Source: the human T2T-CHM13v2.0 reference genome, Homo sapiens
DNA length: 64,000 bases
Direction: 5' to 3' (one strand)
Assembly: GCF_009914755.1 (NCBI RefSeq)
Contig: NC_060925.1
Part shown: piece after piece, positions 40,910-52,987 of the stretch
Layout: each line of letters opens with the position of its first letter
How positions within the stretch are numbered: position 1 is the first letter of the stretch
Program-made: the position numbers and the translations under genes
The notes under the pieces: generated by a model
What the model saw: the letters and a program-made list of their open reading frames with translations, nothing else
Told to the model about the DNA's origin: nothing
The model's database searches: none

Positions 40910-42349
40910 CTGTGGAAAGAGGAAAGTGTTCAGTTGTGGAAGACTGGCATGGGGCTCTTCCCTTGCGCCTGCGCTGTGGGGCCAGCCCTGAGCCTCCTGG
41001 AGGCCCGCTCTCCCTCTGTGCGGTGAGTAGCCATTCCTCTTAGTTGGTGCTCACCCAGTCCCTCTCCATTCCCAACTCCCTCAGCCTCTCAGCACTGACA
41101 GACCCTCTCTTCAACTCCCCTTCACACTTTGTGGCCCACTCTGAGCTGCCTAGAGGCCCTCAAGAGAAAGTCATTTGTCTTTTATCTTGTTAGTTATTTG
41201 AGCATAATTGGTATTATTGTTCTGGGAAGGTGTGGTGGGTGCAAGTTTTAGAGAGCACACTCCATCAGGGTCTAGGCCACCTGAAACTGAGCCTGCCACC
41301 TGTCTTGTCACCTCCGTGGTTGGGGGAAGTCACTCAACATCTCTTGCCTCAGTTGCCTCATCTATATGATGGGAATAAAAATATCCTCTGCCTGTAAGGT
41401 TGTGGTGAAGCTATATGAGTTTACACATATGTGTGAGCACATGTATCTGTGTGTCTGTGCATATATTATTTCTATCATCTGTCATGTATTGAGCAGTTTC
41501 TATGTGTCAGGTACAGTCCTGATTGCTATATTCAATACATTTTCTCTCTCTCTATTATCATATGTATGCATGCCATAGTTCTATATAAGTGCTACAGGTA
41601 TAGTTCTAAGAGCTATCCATACAAATATAGTGTATTTATTTATCGCACTTATAGAACTATACCCAGCACATAATAGGAACTATTCAGCACATGATAGATA
41701 TTATAAATTATTATTGTTATATTATCATCAAACTGGAGAGAAATATGACATTCTCCAGACAAGGCTCTGCCCTTTTGGCTTGGAATGAGCATCAGGACTC
41801 CCTGGAATTGCATGAAGAAGCAGAGTTTGGTCTAGAGTTTGGACTCTGGAGAAGACTGTTTGGTGATTGACTATAAGATTTCAGGCAAGTCATTTAAGGT
41901 GTCTATGCCTTGGTTTCCTCATCTGTAAAATGGGAGTAGTAACAGCGCATACCTCAAAGGGGCTTGTAAGAGTGAATGAGTTCACATGTCTCAGAGGGGT
42001 GCTATAGAACCAAGAATGAGGCACAAACACAATTCACTTGACTTTATATAAGAAAAATTAGAAAACCAGAGAGGGAAGCACACTGGCTAAAATCACGCAG
42101 CACTTTTTATGAAGCAGAGGTAGAAAGAAAAGCCTGCCGTGAAGGACTTTGTTCCTCTTTCCTGCTCCGAGTAAGGAGGCAGCCGGGCTGGGATTCCCTC
42201 ATTTCAAACCACCGACTGTGAGTGAGGGTTGATGACATAGCCAGACCTCCAGCATGTAGTCATCGTCACAGCTGCTCAACCCTCTGCAGTTTCGACAGCA
42301 TTTCCACACCTATTTTCTCATTTAGTCCCCACAGTTACCCCATGAAACA

Positions 42350-43162
42350 GCATGGTAGCTGTAATAATGTGCCCCCAAAGATGTCACGCCCTAATTGCTG
42401 CAACCTGTGACTATATTACCCTAAGTGGAAAAGAGGACCTTTCAGATGTGATTAGGATTACAGACCCTGAGATAGGGAGATTATTCTGGGTTATCCAGAT
42501 GGGCCCAATATACTCATATGATTCTCTAAAACCCAAGGACTTTTCTCAGGTGAGGTCAGAAGGAGGCCTGTCTATGGAAGAATGATTAGAGAAATGTGAC
42601 TTTGCTGGCTTTGGGAAAGGAAGGGGACATGGGCGCAGGAAAGTGGATGGGCCTCCAGGGAGGAACACAGCCCTGCCAACACCATGATTTTAGCCCAGTG
42701 AGACCGGCGTCAGACTTCTGACCCACAGAGCTGTAAGATGATAAATTTGTACTGCTTCATCCCCCCAAATTTATGGTCATTTGTCACAGCAGCAATCAGA
42801 AACTAGTACAGGTAGGTAGGTGCTATCAACTAAATATTTGTGTTGCTCTCCAAATGTATGGGTTAAAACCTAATCCCCAATGTGATGGCATTTGGAGGTG
42901 GAGCCTTTGGGTGACAATTATGTCATGATGATTATCATGATGAGACATGAAAGATGATCTCTCCCTCTCTCTCTGCTGTGTGGGGGATACAGCAAGGAGT
43001 CATCTGTCTGGAAAATGGGAATAGGGCCCTCACTAAGAACCTGACCATGCTGGCACCTTGATCTTGGATTTCCAGCCTCCAGAATTGTGAGAAATAGATA
43101 TTAGTTCTTTAAGTCACCTAGTTTATGGTACTCTGTTACAGGAGCCAGAACTGACTAAGACA
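42350..43162 (+). mobile_element. Two adjacent MaLR LTRs (MLT1D-like ~42350-42810; MLT1A-like ~42820-43162)
   Basis: ccctgccaacaccatgattttagcccagtgagacc; ggatttccagcctccagaattgtgagaaata...gactaagaca. Confidence 0.78.
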
Positions 43163-43464
43163 GTAGGGAAGTAGTCACAGTTTATGGATAGGGATATGGA
43201 AGGTCTGAGAGGTTAAGCGAATGCCCAAAAAGATAGTTTTGTTATTCAGGTTATACTGGGGCCCTCTGCAGAGAATAGGGAAAGGAGAGTGCAGGGGAGG
43301 CTTGGATTCACCTGAAGCAGCATAGGCACACATAAAGAAGCCCCATGACCCAGTGGGAGGGGCGGCTCTATGCCTGTCTGGCTCAGATCTGCTGAGTGGG
43401 TAGAAACTGAGCTATACTGTCTAAGTTGAGGGTGGGCCAGAACAGAGACATCCTTGGGTCTTAC

Positions 43465-43533
43465 CTGCATGTTTCTTTTTCTCTTGGATGATCCGTACTT
43501 CTGAGTAAACCACATTTTCTCCTCTAGGATTTG
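43465..43533 (-). CDS. FCRL5: FCRL5 cytoplasmic exon 15 (first ITIM, VVYSEV)
   Basis: 69 bp, ttctaAG|...|GTaaga; ANPRGENVVYSEVRIIQEKKKHA. Confidence 0.94.
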
Positions 43534-43735
43534 CTTAGAAAAAAGTTGAAGTTTCAGAGGATGCTGAGGTTCTTGCCTCTTGTTAGAGATACTTCCTCCT
43601 CCCCCAGCCAGAGTCTCTTTTCTGGAAGGACTAGAGCCCTCTAGGCCTCGGCATAGTCCCTCCCCATCTCCTGCCCCACCGCTTTCCCACACCAGCCCTC
43701 CAGCTTCTGCCAAATGCAGGATCCTCGGGCCTCAC

Positions 43736-43818
43736 CATTAGTGTACACTGGTTGCAGCTCTTCCCAGGCTGGTACATTGTGATAGGTGGGCTCTTGGGAG
43801 TCCGAGTCTGAAGGGCTC
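43736..43818 (-). CDS. FCRL5: FCRL5 cytoplasmic exon 14 (ITAM-like tyrosines)
   Basis: 83 bp, cacAG|...|GTgagg; SPSDSDSQEPTYHNVPAWEELQPVYTN. Confidence 0.95.
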
Positions 43819-44778
43819 CTGTGAGACAGAGAAATGTGAATGTTTCTTAGGAATCCAGACAAAGTAGCTATAATGATCACTCCTAGTGAGTGACTTCTTA
43901 CTGCAGGGTGGCTGCCAGGCCTGGAAACATGAACAAGTACATAACAAACTGACCATGGGCATTCTATTATGAATCATAATCATATTATATATGTTTCCAG
44001 GCTTTCTGGTCATCTAGTGTGTAACAGGCATGGTGCTGATGCTTACAGCAATACGTTGTTAGTTCTATTTCATCCTCGTTTTAGCTGAAACAAACGGAGG
44101 CTCCAATAAGTGACTTATGAAGATCATGTAACCAGAAAGGGGATGAGCCAAGGCTCAAAGCTGGCTCCGAACCCTGCATGCTCAGAGAGATCAGTGACCA
44201 GAAGGCTCCGAGGTGCTCTACATGTTTGGATGCTGCTATCGTGGGCTTGCCCAGGGATAGCTGTGAGCCTTTGTGTGGCTCCTAAAGTCAGCCTTAGGGA
44301 TACAAGATGGTGGCCCCTTCTTCACAGGGACTACCTCCTGCTGGCAGAGTGACCTCTCTGGGTGGCCAAGTTGTGCGGCTCCATCTTCTCAGTTGTTATC
44401 ACAAGAGGTGTTGATGAGATCAGCATCTCCAGAGATTTCTAGGTTGACTGAGCTAAGGTCATCTCAAGATATGGAAAGACTTGGTGGTCATAGTGGTCAT
44501 TCAGACAACCAAGCCAACAATGGTCCAAGGATGTGGGTTAATAAATGAAAAGGCAATTAATACTTGATGAGATAACAGCCTATACAGCTAAGGGGGTGGG
44601 TGCAAAGGTCCTGGGAATTGCCTTAAGATATCCCCAGGGACGTACAACAGGTAGTGGCCACACCCCAGCTCAGCAGCACCTGGCAGAAACTGTGCTCTTG
44701 GTAATCATCAGATTCAATTCCATTTTTCCACCCTGTGGACATTTCACTAATCACACAGGAAGGCAGCTCAGCTCTTAC

Positions 44779-44806
44779 CTGGCGGGGTCAGAGGCAGGCT
44801 TTCTCC
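44779..44806 (-). CDS. FCRL5: FCRL5 cytoplasmic micro-exon (exon 13)
   Basis: 28 bp, ttacAG|...|GTaaga; GRKPASDPAR; phases join the flanking exons. Confidence 0.93.
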
Positions 44807-45466
44807 CTGTAAAGGAAAGCAGAGGAGCATTGGATTCAGGAAGATGAGACCCTCAGTGGGGCACAGCTCAGGCAAGGCTCACTTAGAAACTGCCAGGAGT
44901 TGCTGTCACTGAAGGTTGAATCCTTCTTTGTTATGCCCCAGGGAGGTAGCAGATTGGGCAAAAACTACTGACCCTGCCAGAGGGGTTTGCTATGATGTGA
45001 AACGGGAGTCCACAATCCGTAATCCTTTAACCTGGAGATTTTAAAGATAATCTCCAAGGCAGGAAAACAGACTTGATCAACTATAAAAATAGTGTACATT
45101 TAAAAAATCGGAAAATTACTGAATCCTATCTGGTTTCTATTTTCATTTCTATTTCTCTGAGTTTTTCTCCTCCTCTTCCCATTCGTTGGGGGGGTCTTAT
45201 AAGGGTCGAGAGGAAGACACTCTGTAGTTTATGATGTTGGATAAACTACATCTCATCAAGACGTCTCCCACCTTATAGGTCTGTTTTGGAAACTGTGCAT
45301 TTGGTAAAAGCAATTCGGGAGGACCCAGCGGGAAAGGAAGAGGATTGAGGGACAGAGCGGATGAGCTCTTGCGAGCCTGGGATGGTCACAAAGGCAGCAT
45401 GAAGCCCAAGGGAGCGTTGCTGGGAAGGGCATGAACTCAAGCCAAGGTGTGCCCAGAGTCACCCAC

Positions 45467-45583
45467 CTGCTTTTCTCGAGAGCCAGCAGTAGAGCAGCAG
45501 TGCCCCCGCAGCAAGGCCTGCTATGCTGAGCAGGCCCCCGGCGACTCCTGTGGCAAAAGGGCCACTTCTGTTCGCGGTCAGCC
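45467..45583 (-). CDS. FCRL5: FCRL5 transmembrane exon (exon 12)
   Basis: 117 bp, ccctcAG|...|GTgggt; GLTANRSGPFATGVAGGLLSIAGLAAGALLLYCWLSRKA, hydrophobic span followed by basic residues. Confidence 0.96.
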
Positions 45584-46330
45584 CTGAGGGGGAGACCCTG
45601 TGTGTGAGCCAGAGGAGAGGCTGTGGTCTGGAACTGCCCGCTCCCGGAAGCTGCTGCCTGGGCCTGACGGTGAACCTAGGTGAGCAGGTCCCCGGCAGCT
45701 AAGCAGGGGCTGGTGTGGCACAGAAGATGGCTCCTGTCTTTGTGAGGAAGCCGTCTCTGCGCCTGAGACAAGTGTCCAGGGTCAGGGTGGCCGGTGGCCA
45801 GTGAGAGAGGAGGCAGCCAGGTGAGGACCTCTAAAGTCAGTGGCGCTCTTGCGCCCAGCCCGCCAACCCGCGCTCTCAGCCCCAACGCCATCACTTCAGA
45901 AGCACTTCAGGAAATATAGCAGTTTAGAGAGCTGCCAGCTGTGTTACTTCGCCCTAAGGAGTGCCTTTCTGATCAAGCACTGTGAGGGTTATCAGAGGGT
46001 CCGCGGAGGAAACATTTTGTCCGCATCTGTGGCCCGGGCACGGGAAACTTACCTGTGATATAAAGTGTCACTGTCTCACTGCGCTGGGCCCCGAGGCCAT
46101 TGTCGGCCTCACAGGAGTAGTTTCCAGAGTGCTCTGCAGTCAGAGAGAGGTTTAAGGACGCTCCTCCAGAGGGGGACGACCTATTTCCTAGGGTGACATC
46201 CTCATGAAAAAACCGGTACAGGATCAGGGGAGAGCCTCTCAGGGCCTCACAGTGAAGCTCCAGCAGGTCCCCCACCGCAGCATGGGTCCCGGGAGCCCTG
46301 AGGGTGAGGACCGGGCGAGACACCGGAACT
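45470..46330. promoter_or_regulatory. Intragenic CpG-rich island over the TM and domain 9 exons
   Basis: Visibly high GC and CpG density (cccgcgc, ccgggcgag, ttcgcgg) compared with the rest of the window. Confidence 0.6.
46053..46328 (-). CDS. FCRL5: FCRL5 Ig-like domain 9 exon (exon 11, membrane-proximal)
   Basis: 276-bp phase 1-1 exon, ctttcAG|...|GTaagt; VPVSRPVLTLRAPGTHAAVGDLLELHCEALRGSPLILYRFF...GNYSCEADNGLGAQRSETVTLYIT. Confidence 0.97.
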
Positions 46331-46815
46331 GAAAGAGAACAAAAAGTCAACAGCAGTTTCTGCTTCTAACATATTTGTAAGAAACAAAAGGTATCATAAA
46401 CAAATGTAAAAAGTCATAACTCAATCTTGGAAAGTAGATTAAAACATAGATGATAAAGCTAATTACTTTGACCTGCTAATAGTTTTCAGTGTACAAAAAT
46501 ATCCAATAGAAAACTGTAAAAAGTGTATAAATCACTGAAAACTTCAAATAGACAATAAATATATACAAAGATTCTCATCTTCATTACTAATTAACTAAAC
46601 ACAAAGACAACCATACAATACTATTCTTTTTTCTATTTTTCAGGTTGGCAAAGCTTAAATAGACTGATCATACTGATTAGCTTGTAGATAAACAGGCACC
46701 TACATATGCCCTTGGTGGTAATACAAATTTAACACACTTCCTTGAATGGCAACTTGGCAATATCTACAAAATTTAAAGTGCACATAAACTTTGACCCAAC
46801 AAATCTGCTTCTAGT

Positions 46816-46915
46816 GGGCCAGGTGTAGTGGCTCACACCTATAATCCCAGCGATTTGGGAGTATGAGGCAGGAGGATTACTTGAGCCCAGGAGTTCAAGT
46901 CCTACTTCTAGGGCC
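46816..46915 (+). mobile_element. Alu left monomer (FLAM) within an old L1ME fragment (~46380-47330)
   Basis: ggccaggtgtagtggctcacacctataatcccagc. Confidence 0.75.
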
Positions 46916-48864
46916 ATCTCCTTTAGGGATACTGACATAAAATATGCCAATATATTTCTACAAGAATTTCTATTGTAGCATTTTTACAAGAGCTAAAAAT
47001 TAGAGACAACCTACTGGATTGGGTAATGAAACATGAATGATATCCAAGATGCATTTCTTAAACAAAAGTCAGGATGTATTTTAAGTTAAAAAATGCAACT
47101 GGCATAACTATATGTGTAATATTATTCTAGCTTTCTAAAAATTATCTACCTTTAGGTTTGTAGATTATTTCTAGAAGCATACACATGAAACAATTAACAG
47201 TGGTTATGTCTGGAGAATATGTGCGTAAGAAGTGATATGAGCAGGTAGAAAGAGACCTTTACTTTTCAATATTGGCCCTTTTGTATTATTTGATTTTTTT
47301 CATCACAAACATTCATGTGTTCTTTCAGAATAACAAATTACTAAAAACTAAAATGTTGTGTTAAAAGTGGCCACAACGGATGAGAAAATGTCATCATGTA
47401 TCAGACTAATGTGAAGAGTTAGAGAGGACTGTGCTTCAACCTGGCTTTACCCTGGCTAGCTGTGTGTCTGCAAGCTAGTTACTTCACTTCTCTAAACCTC
47501 AGTCTCTTTTCCGCAAATAGGGGATACGATGGCTTAAAATTTATCCTCACAGGTTTATCTTAATAATTAAATGAGATGTTGCCTATTAAACATTTAGCAC
47601 AGAGCCTGGAACCTGGTGAAGGCTCAGTGAGTGTTGATGATGATGACACTGGTTATGATGATAATAAGAAATAATATTTCCTTTTCTGGCAGCTCCTGGT
47701 CTCTATGACCTGGGTCCTAGTTTCAGGATTCAGACACAATTCATTCAGGCTGGGCAAGAAACCCTTTAGCTGTGATAACAGCAGCAGAAATAACATGCAT
47801 TTGCGACAGAGAATTATAGAAATGAGGGAGTGAGGATGAGCAGAAAATCATGAAATCATAAGTATAGAATGTAGGAGGTATGATGTGTTGGCTTGCTGTA
47901 TTGTGAGGAAAGATGGAGCAGCCCTCGGTCCGTGGTACATGCCTGTGTGCTGGCTCTAAGGGATAGGTGTGTAAACTGTGTGGGGAGAGCCCCTGCAAAT
48001 CTCAGGAAAATTGGATGAGGTTGGTGCTGCTGGTGGGGGAAGAAGAACGAGCTGACTGAATGGGAAAACCCAAATCTGAAGTCATCACCTCCTGGATAAC
48101 AATGAGATGGTTGCACTGGCTACTTTGTGAGATGCTGGATCATGGGTTAGCATGCCCAGATCAACCTGCTTATGTGACTCTGTCTATTCCTTATGATACC
48201 CAGGCACCTTGCCAAAGGGAATAAGAGCATCAGTGTATATTTTGCTTTACATGACTGGAATGGTGATTGCATACCATTGTATGGTCTCGTGTTTCTCCAG
48301 GATATATTCCAGGGGCAGGTACAACCTGCTTTTACTTTTGCATATCTCCTTCTAGGAACCTGTACGTCTGCATAATCCATATTCCCTGTCTACCAAAATC
48401 ATAGAATTCTAGGACAAAGGATGATCATGATTTTCATCTAGTCTGATTTTCCCACTTTGTGGGTGTGGAAATTGAGGTCAGTATGGGAAGAGGTGCTTGG
48501 CCAATGTCATACAGCTAGTTATCTTCAGATCCAAGTCTAGAAGATTCATCTCAACACCCCTTAGCATACTTTTGCTAAACACCAGTTCTCTCTAAACAGA
48601 GGTTTCAAAGTTTGGCTTGTAGGAGGTCATCACCAAAAAGATTCAGAGCTCACTAGAAGCAGCTTTCCTTGGGTTATTACACTTAATTGAAAGAGATCAA
48701 AGAACAGCTTCGAGAATAGAGGAATTTGGGTGATGGATGTCCATTTCCATTCCATGTCATCCTGCTCCCCACTCTCTGCCCTGGTCACCTGTGTCCCTTG
48801 CTTTAAAGATCGCTGAGTGTGTCTCCTGAAGGGCTGTACACATAGCTTATGTTAACATAGGATT

Positions 48865-48870
48865 TTTAAT
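48865..48870 (-). terminator. Candidate poly(A) signal (ATTAAA) for the 8-domain isoform
   Basis: tttaat on + strand, ~400 nt downstream of the read-through stop; use is inferred. Confidence 0.45.
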
Positions 48871-49273
48871 GTGGAAATGTAAGGAACATTTACATCCCCA
48901 GTAATGAAAGAGACTCAAGAGTAGAGGCTTCTTAGAAGTCAATGAGAGAAGAATCCGGACAAGAAACAGCTTAATCCTTTCTACGGCAGAGAAACATATG
49001 CTCAGAATTCTTTGGTTTCATTTTCATGTAATAATTTCAGTTCAGAATATAGTTTATGTTCTAAAAAAGTCTTATTTGCATTTTTAGTGAGGTGCTTTGA
49101 TCATCTTCAAGAAGACTGCTGGGAAACATCAGATTCCTGGAACCATACCACAAAGGATCCGAGACTTTCACAGGGAGGTTCTGCAGGCAGGAAGTGTGCT
49201 GGGATGCCACACAAGCAAACAGCCCTGAGGAGCTCTGTGGCTCCATTTTCAGCTGCAGGGAGAACAGGCACAG

Positions 49274-49314
49274 TCAGTTCTCAGATGTGCTGCTGGTGGG
49301 CAGGGCCCACTCAC
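49274..49314 (-). CDS. FCRL5: Intronic read-through C-terminus of the secreted 8-domain isoform (IRTA2a type)
   Basis: Frame continues past the donor as GEWALPTSSTSEN*; matches the recalled IRTA2a tail. Confidence 0.85.
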
Positions 49315-49593
49315 CTGCAACTTTCAGTGTCACCATCTCACTGCGCTGGGCCTCCAGACCATTGTCTGCCTCACAGGAGTAGATTCCAGAATGTTCTGTA
49401 GTCAGAGAGAGGTTGAAGGAGGCCCCTCCTCCAGAGGGGGCTGAGATCTTACCCAGGGTGACATCTTCATGATAAAACCAGTACAGGATTGGGGAGGAGC
49501 CTCTCAGGGCCTCACAGTGAAGCTCCAGCAGGTCCCCCACCACAGCCTGGGCCCTGGGAGCCCTGAAGGTGAGGATGGGACGAGATACTGGAA
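49315..49593 (-). CDS. FCRL5: FCRL5 Ig-like domain 8 exon (exon 10)
   Basis: 279-bp phase 1-1 exon, cctcAG|...|GTgagt; ...VVGDLLELHCEALRGSSPILYWFY...GIYSCEADNGLEAQRSEMVTLKVA. Confidence 0.97.
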
Positions 49594-50014
49594 CTGAGGG
49601 AGGAAAAACGTTATGTATCAGCTGCTTCTGCTAAAATATATTCCTTCATGCTAAAGACATTTCAAATGGAAGAATGTTTTTCTCAGTTTTTAATGCCCTT
49701 GTGACATTACTCAAAACTCAGCAATATTTTCAGATCTCCAGAAAGAACAACATTTGTGTAGTGCTATAAACAGCTTGGAATAGTGGAATATACAAACTCA
49801 AATGTGTTTGAAGAATGTGAAAACAAAGATTAAACTGAAACTCAGGTGTCTTAGAGGTAAAAAGACAGTTGGAGAGAGGAGAAATCAGTTCAACAGAAAA
49901 TGAAGAACAGGAGAGACTTGCTGCTTACATCACCAGGGATGTAATTGCATCTGGGCTGCATCAGAAATAGGGCCCACAAGAGAATGAGTATTGTCAAGTT
50001 ATTTGCTCATTTTT

Positions 50015-51650
50015 ACATTCATTTATCCATCAAAAATTAATTGAACAAAAATTTTTTTAAAAATTGAGCAAAAATAAAAATTAATTGAGCATTTAATAAG
50101 TCCCAAGAATGGCATGACATGCTAGGGAATCAGTGATGAGAAAGACATAGTTACTGCTCTCATAGAACCTACAATCTAGAAGGATGAGAGACAGCAATTA
50201 AATAAAAATACAGTAAATTACAATTAAAACTTTGATAATTGATAAAGGACAGGGTACTATGAAATGTATGTGTTAGTCAAGGAAAGCTTCCTCACAAAAT
50301 GATCTTTGAAATTAACATTGAAATTAACCAGTTGATGATGGAGGTGGAGAGTGCACCAGGCAGGCAAACAGTATGTGCAAACGCCCTGAGTTGGGAATAA
50401 GACTGGCACATTTGAATTATTGAAATAAAGTAGCATCACACTGAGAAGATTCTGCAAACTACCAAGAAATAGGAGACTGGAGATCTAGGCTGGACTTCAT
50501 AAGCCATGAAAGGATTTTGATCCTTCTTCACAGAGCAATGGGAAGTCTATAAGTCTATCTATGCAGGGCTGTGAGATGATCAAATTTGTCCCTTTTAAAA
50601 GACCATTTTGACCTCTGTGCATGAAATGGACTGTGGTGGAATGGAAGTGGAATTGAGGGATAGATGAGTGGCACTGCAGTAGTCAAAATGATGGTGGACT
50701 TGTCTAGATAGAGGTGGTAGAGATAGAGACCCAAGAAATATTTAGGAAGTCAAATCAACAGGACTTAATGATTAACTGGCTGTGAGGGGTGAGGAAGAGA
50801 AATGTTGAGGAAGACTCCTCTGTTCCTGCTTTGTGTATCTGTTGAGAAGAGATGTGTTTCACAGAGGTAGGAACCCTTGAAAGAGGAAGGGAATGTCAGC
50901 AGTTCAGTTTTAGAAATGCTCAGATTGATGTGCTTTTGAGATATTTGAGTGAAGGTATGTCATGTGCAGATGCTCAAGTGGGAGGTCCCTTTTAGAGATA
51001 GAAGTTTAGGAATCATTATTTATAGATGACAAGGCCATTTATACATGACATACCCAGGATCATCCAGACAAAGGATTTAGATAAGAGAAGAGGGCATAAG
51101 TCAAAGTTCTGGAACATGCCAGTGCTTAAAGGTTTTCTATAAAAGGAGGAGCCAGTAAAGAAGACTGAGAAGAAGTGGCCAGGGAGAGAAGAGAGCCAGA
51201 AGAAGATAGATTCACTGAAGGGAGGGTTTCAAGAAGGAAGAAATGGTAAACAACATGTAATATATCTGAGATGTCAAGGAAGATGAGGATTGAAAAATGG
51301 CCATTGGATTTAAAGCCTTGAAGGTCATCGGTGACCTTTGTGAGAAACATTTTGGTGGAGAGGTTGGAAAAACCTAGTAGATTAGAGCCTAGTGGATAGT
51401 GAGGACATGGAGACAGTCTGGGTAACTGACTGTTTTTGGAAGTTTAGCCATGAAGGGGTAGTGTATGGAGGTATAAGTGGGACCAAGAGAGGGTTTTCCT
51501 TGGATATGGGAGAGATATACCATGTTACGTGCCAGTGCAAAGGATCCTACAGAGACAGAGATGTTGGGGGCCACAGAAGAGAAAGGGATAATCAGTTACA
51601 TAGCTTCTGAGAATGCACAAAATGATGAAATCTGGAGACCAGATGGAGAT
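50015..51650 (-). mobile_element. L2 element, degenerate
   Basis: cattcatttatcc...ttgagcattt; gaggattgaaaaatggccattggattt...ggtcatcggtgacc. Confidence 0.7.
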
Positions 51651-52652
51651 GTTCACCTATGGGGAGGGAAGTCCTCTCCTCTATATTTTAGGAAAAGGAC
51701 AGATGAGTTATTGGGTGGATACAGAGCTAGACACTCAATTTGGTGGTGGGAGTGGAGGGGGTTATTGTCTAGTGGAGTAGGGAATTAGTGGAGGTATTAA
51801 TGACCTGGGAGTTCTGTTGAGGTCTGAGAACAATAGTGACAGGAGGAGCTGACGCAAGCAGAAGGCCAGGGGGTGGTTGTCAGATAATAAGGGCTTAAAA
51901 TTGTCCTTTTGGAGATGAAGTAGTGTATGTATGTGGGAGTGGCTGACTGGTGTGGAGAGGACAGGCCATGGTGTTAAGGGGATTATACATGTGACCATGA
52001 GAGTCATGAAATGATGGCAGATTATGGAGTATGGAGAAAGACTGAAAGTACAGTGCCAAAGCCTTCACTGAGAGTGGGCATAACTAGGAGTCTGCCTGTG
52101 ACAAGGATGCATGGAAGATCTTGATGTTGCTGAATGGAACAGGAGCAGGTAAGGAGGCAGAAGAATTATGTCTTCTAACAAGGGTCTTGGGTGGGAACCC
52201 AACCCACTCTGGGACAGGGGCAGGAGAGGCTAGAGAGAAATGTGTGAGCCAATAAGAGAATTGTGTTGGCCTTTTTATTGATTGGCAGACAGAGAAAACC
52301 ACAACTAAATCTCTTCCAAGGTGAAGCACACAGAACTTTATAACTTTCTTTCTTACTATCACTGTTGGCCAGAATATAGTTTGTATTTTGAAAGCCTTTA
52401 CTCCTATGTTAGGGGAATTTTGGTCGTGATGGCTGGACTGCTGCTAGCAGGAAAAGTACAGCAAGGGAAGGGAAGGTGCAAGTTCCTGAACGTGTAGGAT
52501 ACAAAACTCAGAGATGGAGGCTGTGTAGGCACCAAGCCTGACAGGATGTCACACAGCAAATGACTCTAGAAACTGTACCTCTGATCTTGGCTACTGGTAA
52601 AGTTAGGGGAGATGGTCTTTTTATTTTTGTGCTGCTGGTTAGGTCAACTTAC

Positions 52653-52931
52653 CTATAACACTGAGTGATATTGTGTCACTGTGCTGGGCCACTAGGCCAT
52701 TGTTGGCCTCACATGAGTAGTTTCCAGAATGTTCTGCAGTCAGAGAGAGGTTGAAAGAAGCTTCTCCTCCAGAGGGGGCTGAGCTGCTCCCCAGGGTGAC
52801 ATCCTCATGATAAAACCAGTACAGGATTGGGGGAGAGCCTCTCGGGGCCTCACAGTGAAGCTCCAGCAGGTCCCCCACCACAGCCTGGGCCCTGGGAACC
52901 CTGAGGGTGAGGATGGGGCGAGACACTGGAA
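52653..52931 (-). CDS. FCRL5: FCRL5 Ig-like domain 7 exon (exon 9)
   Basis: 279-bp phase 1-1 exon, ctctcAG|...|GTaagt; VPVSRPILTLRVPRAQAVVGDLLELHCEAPRGSPPILYWFY...GNYSCEANNG. Confidence 0.97.
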
Positions 52932-52987
52932 CTGAGAGAGAAAATGAGTTAGGGACACATGTATTTTTAAAATTAGAAACAGCTCTT

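Noticed and set aside
45973-46052. Domain 9 read-through tail (GKFPVPGPQMRTKCFL...*)
   Set aside because: No poly(A) signal seen before the TM exon; retention would probably trigger NMD
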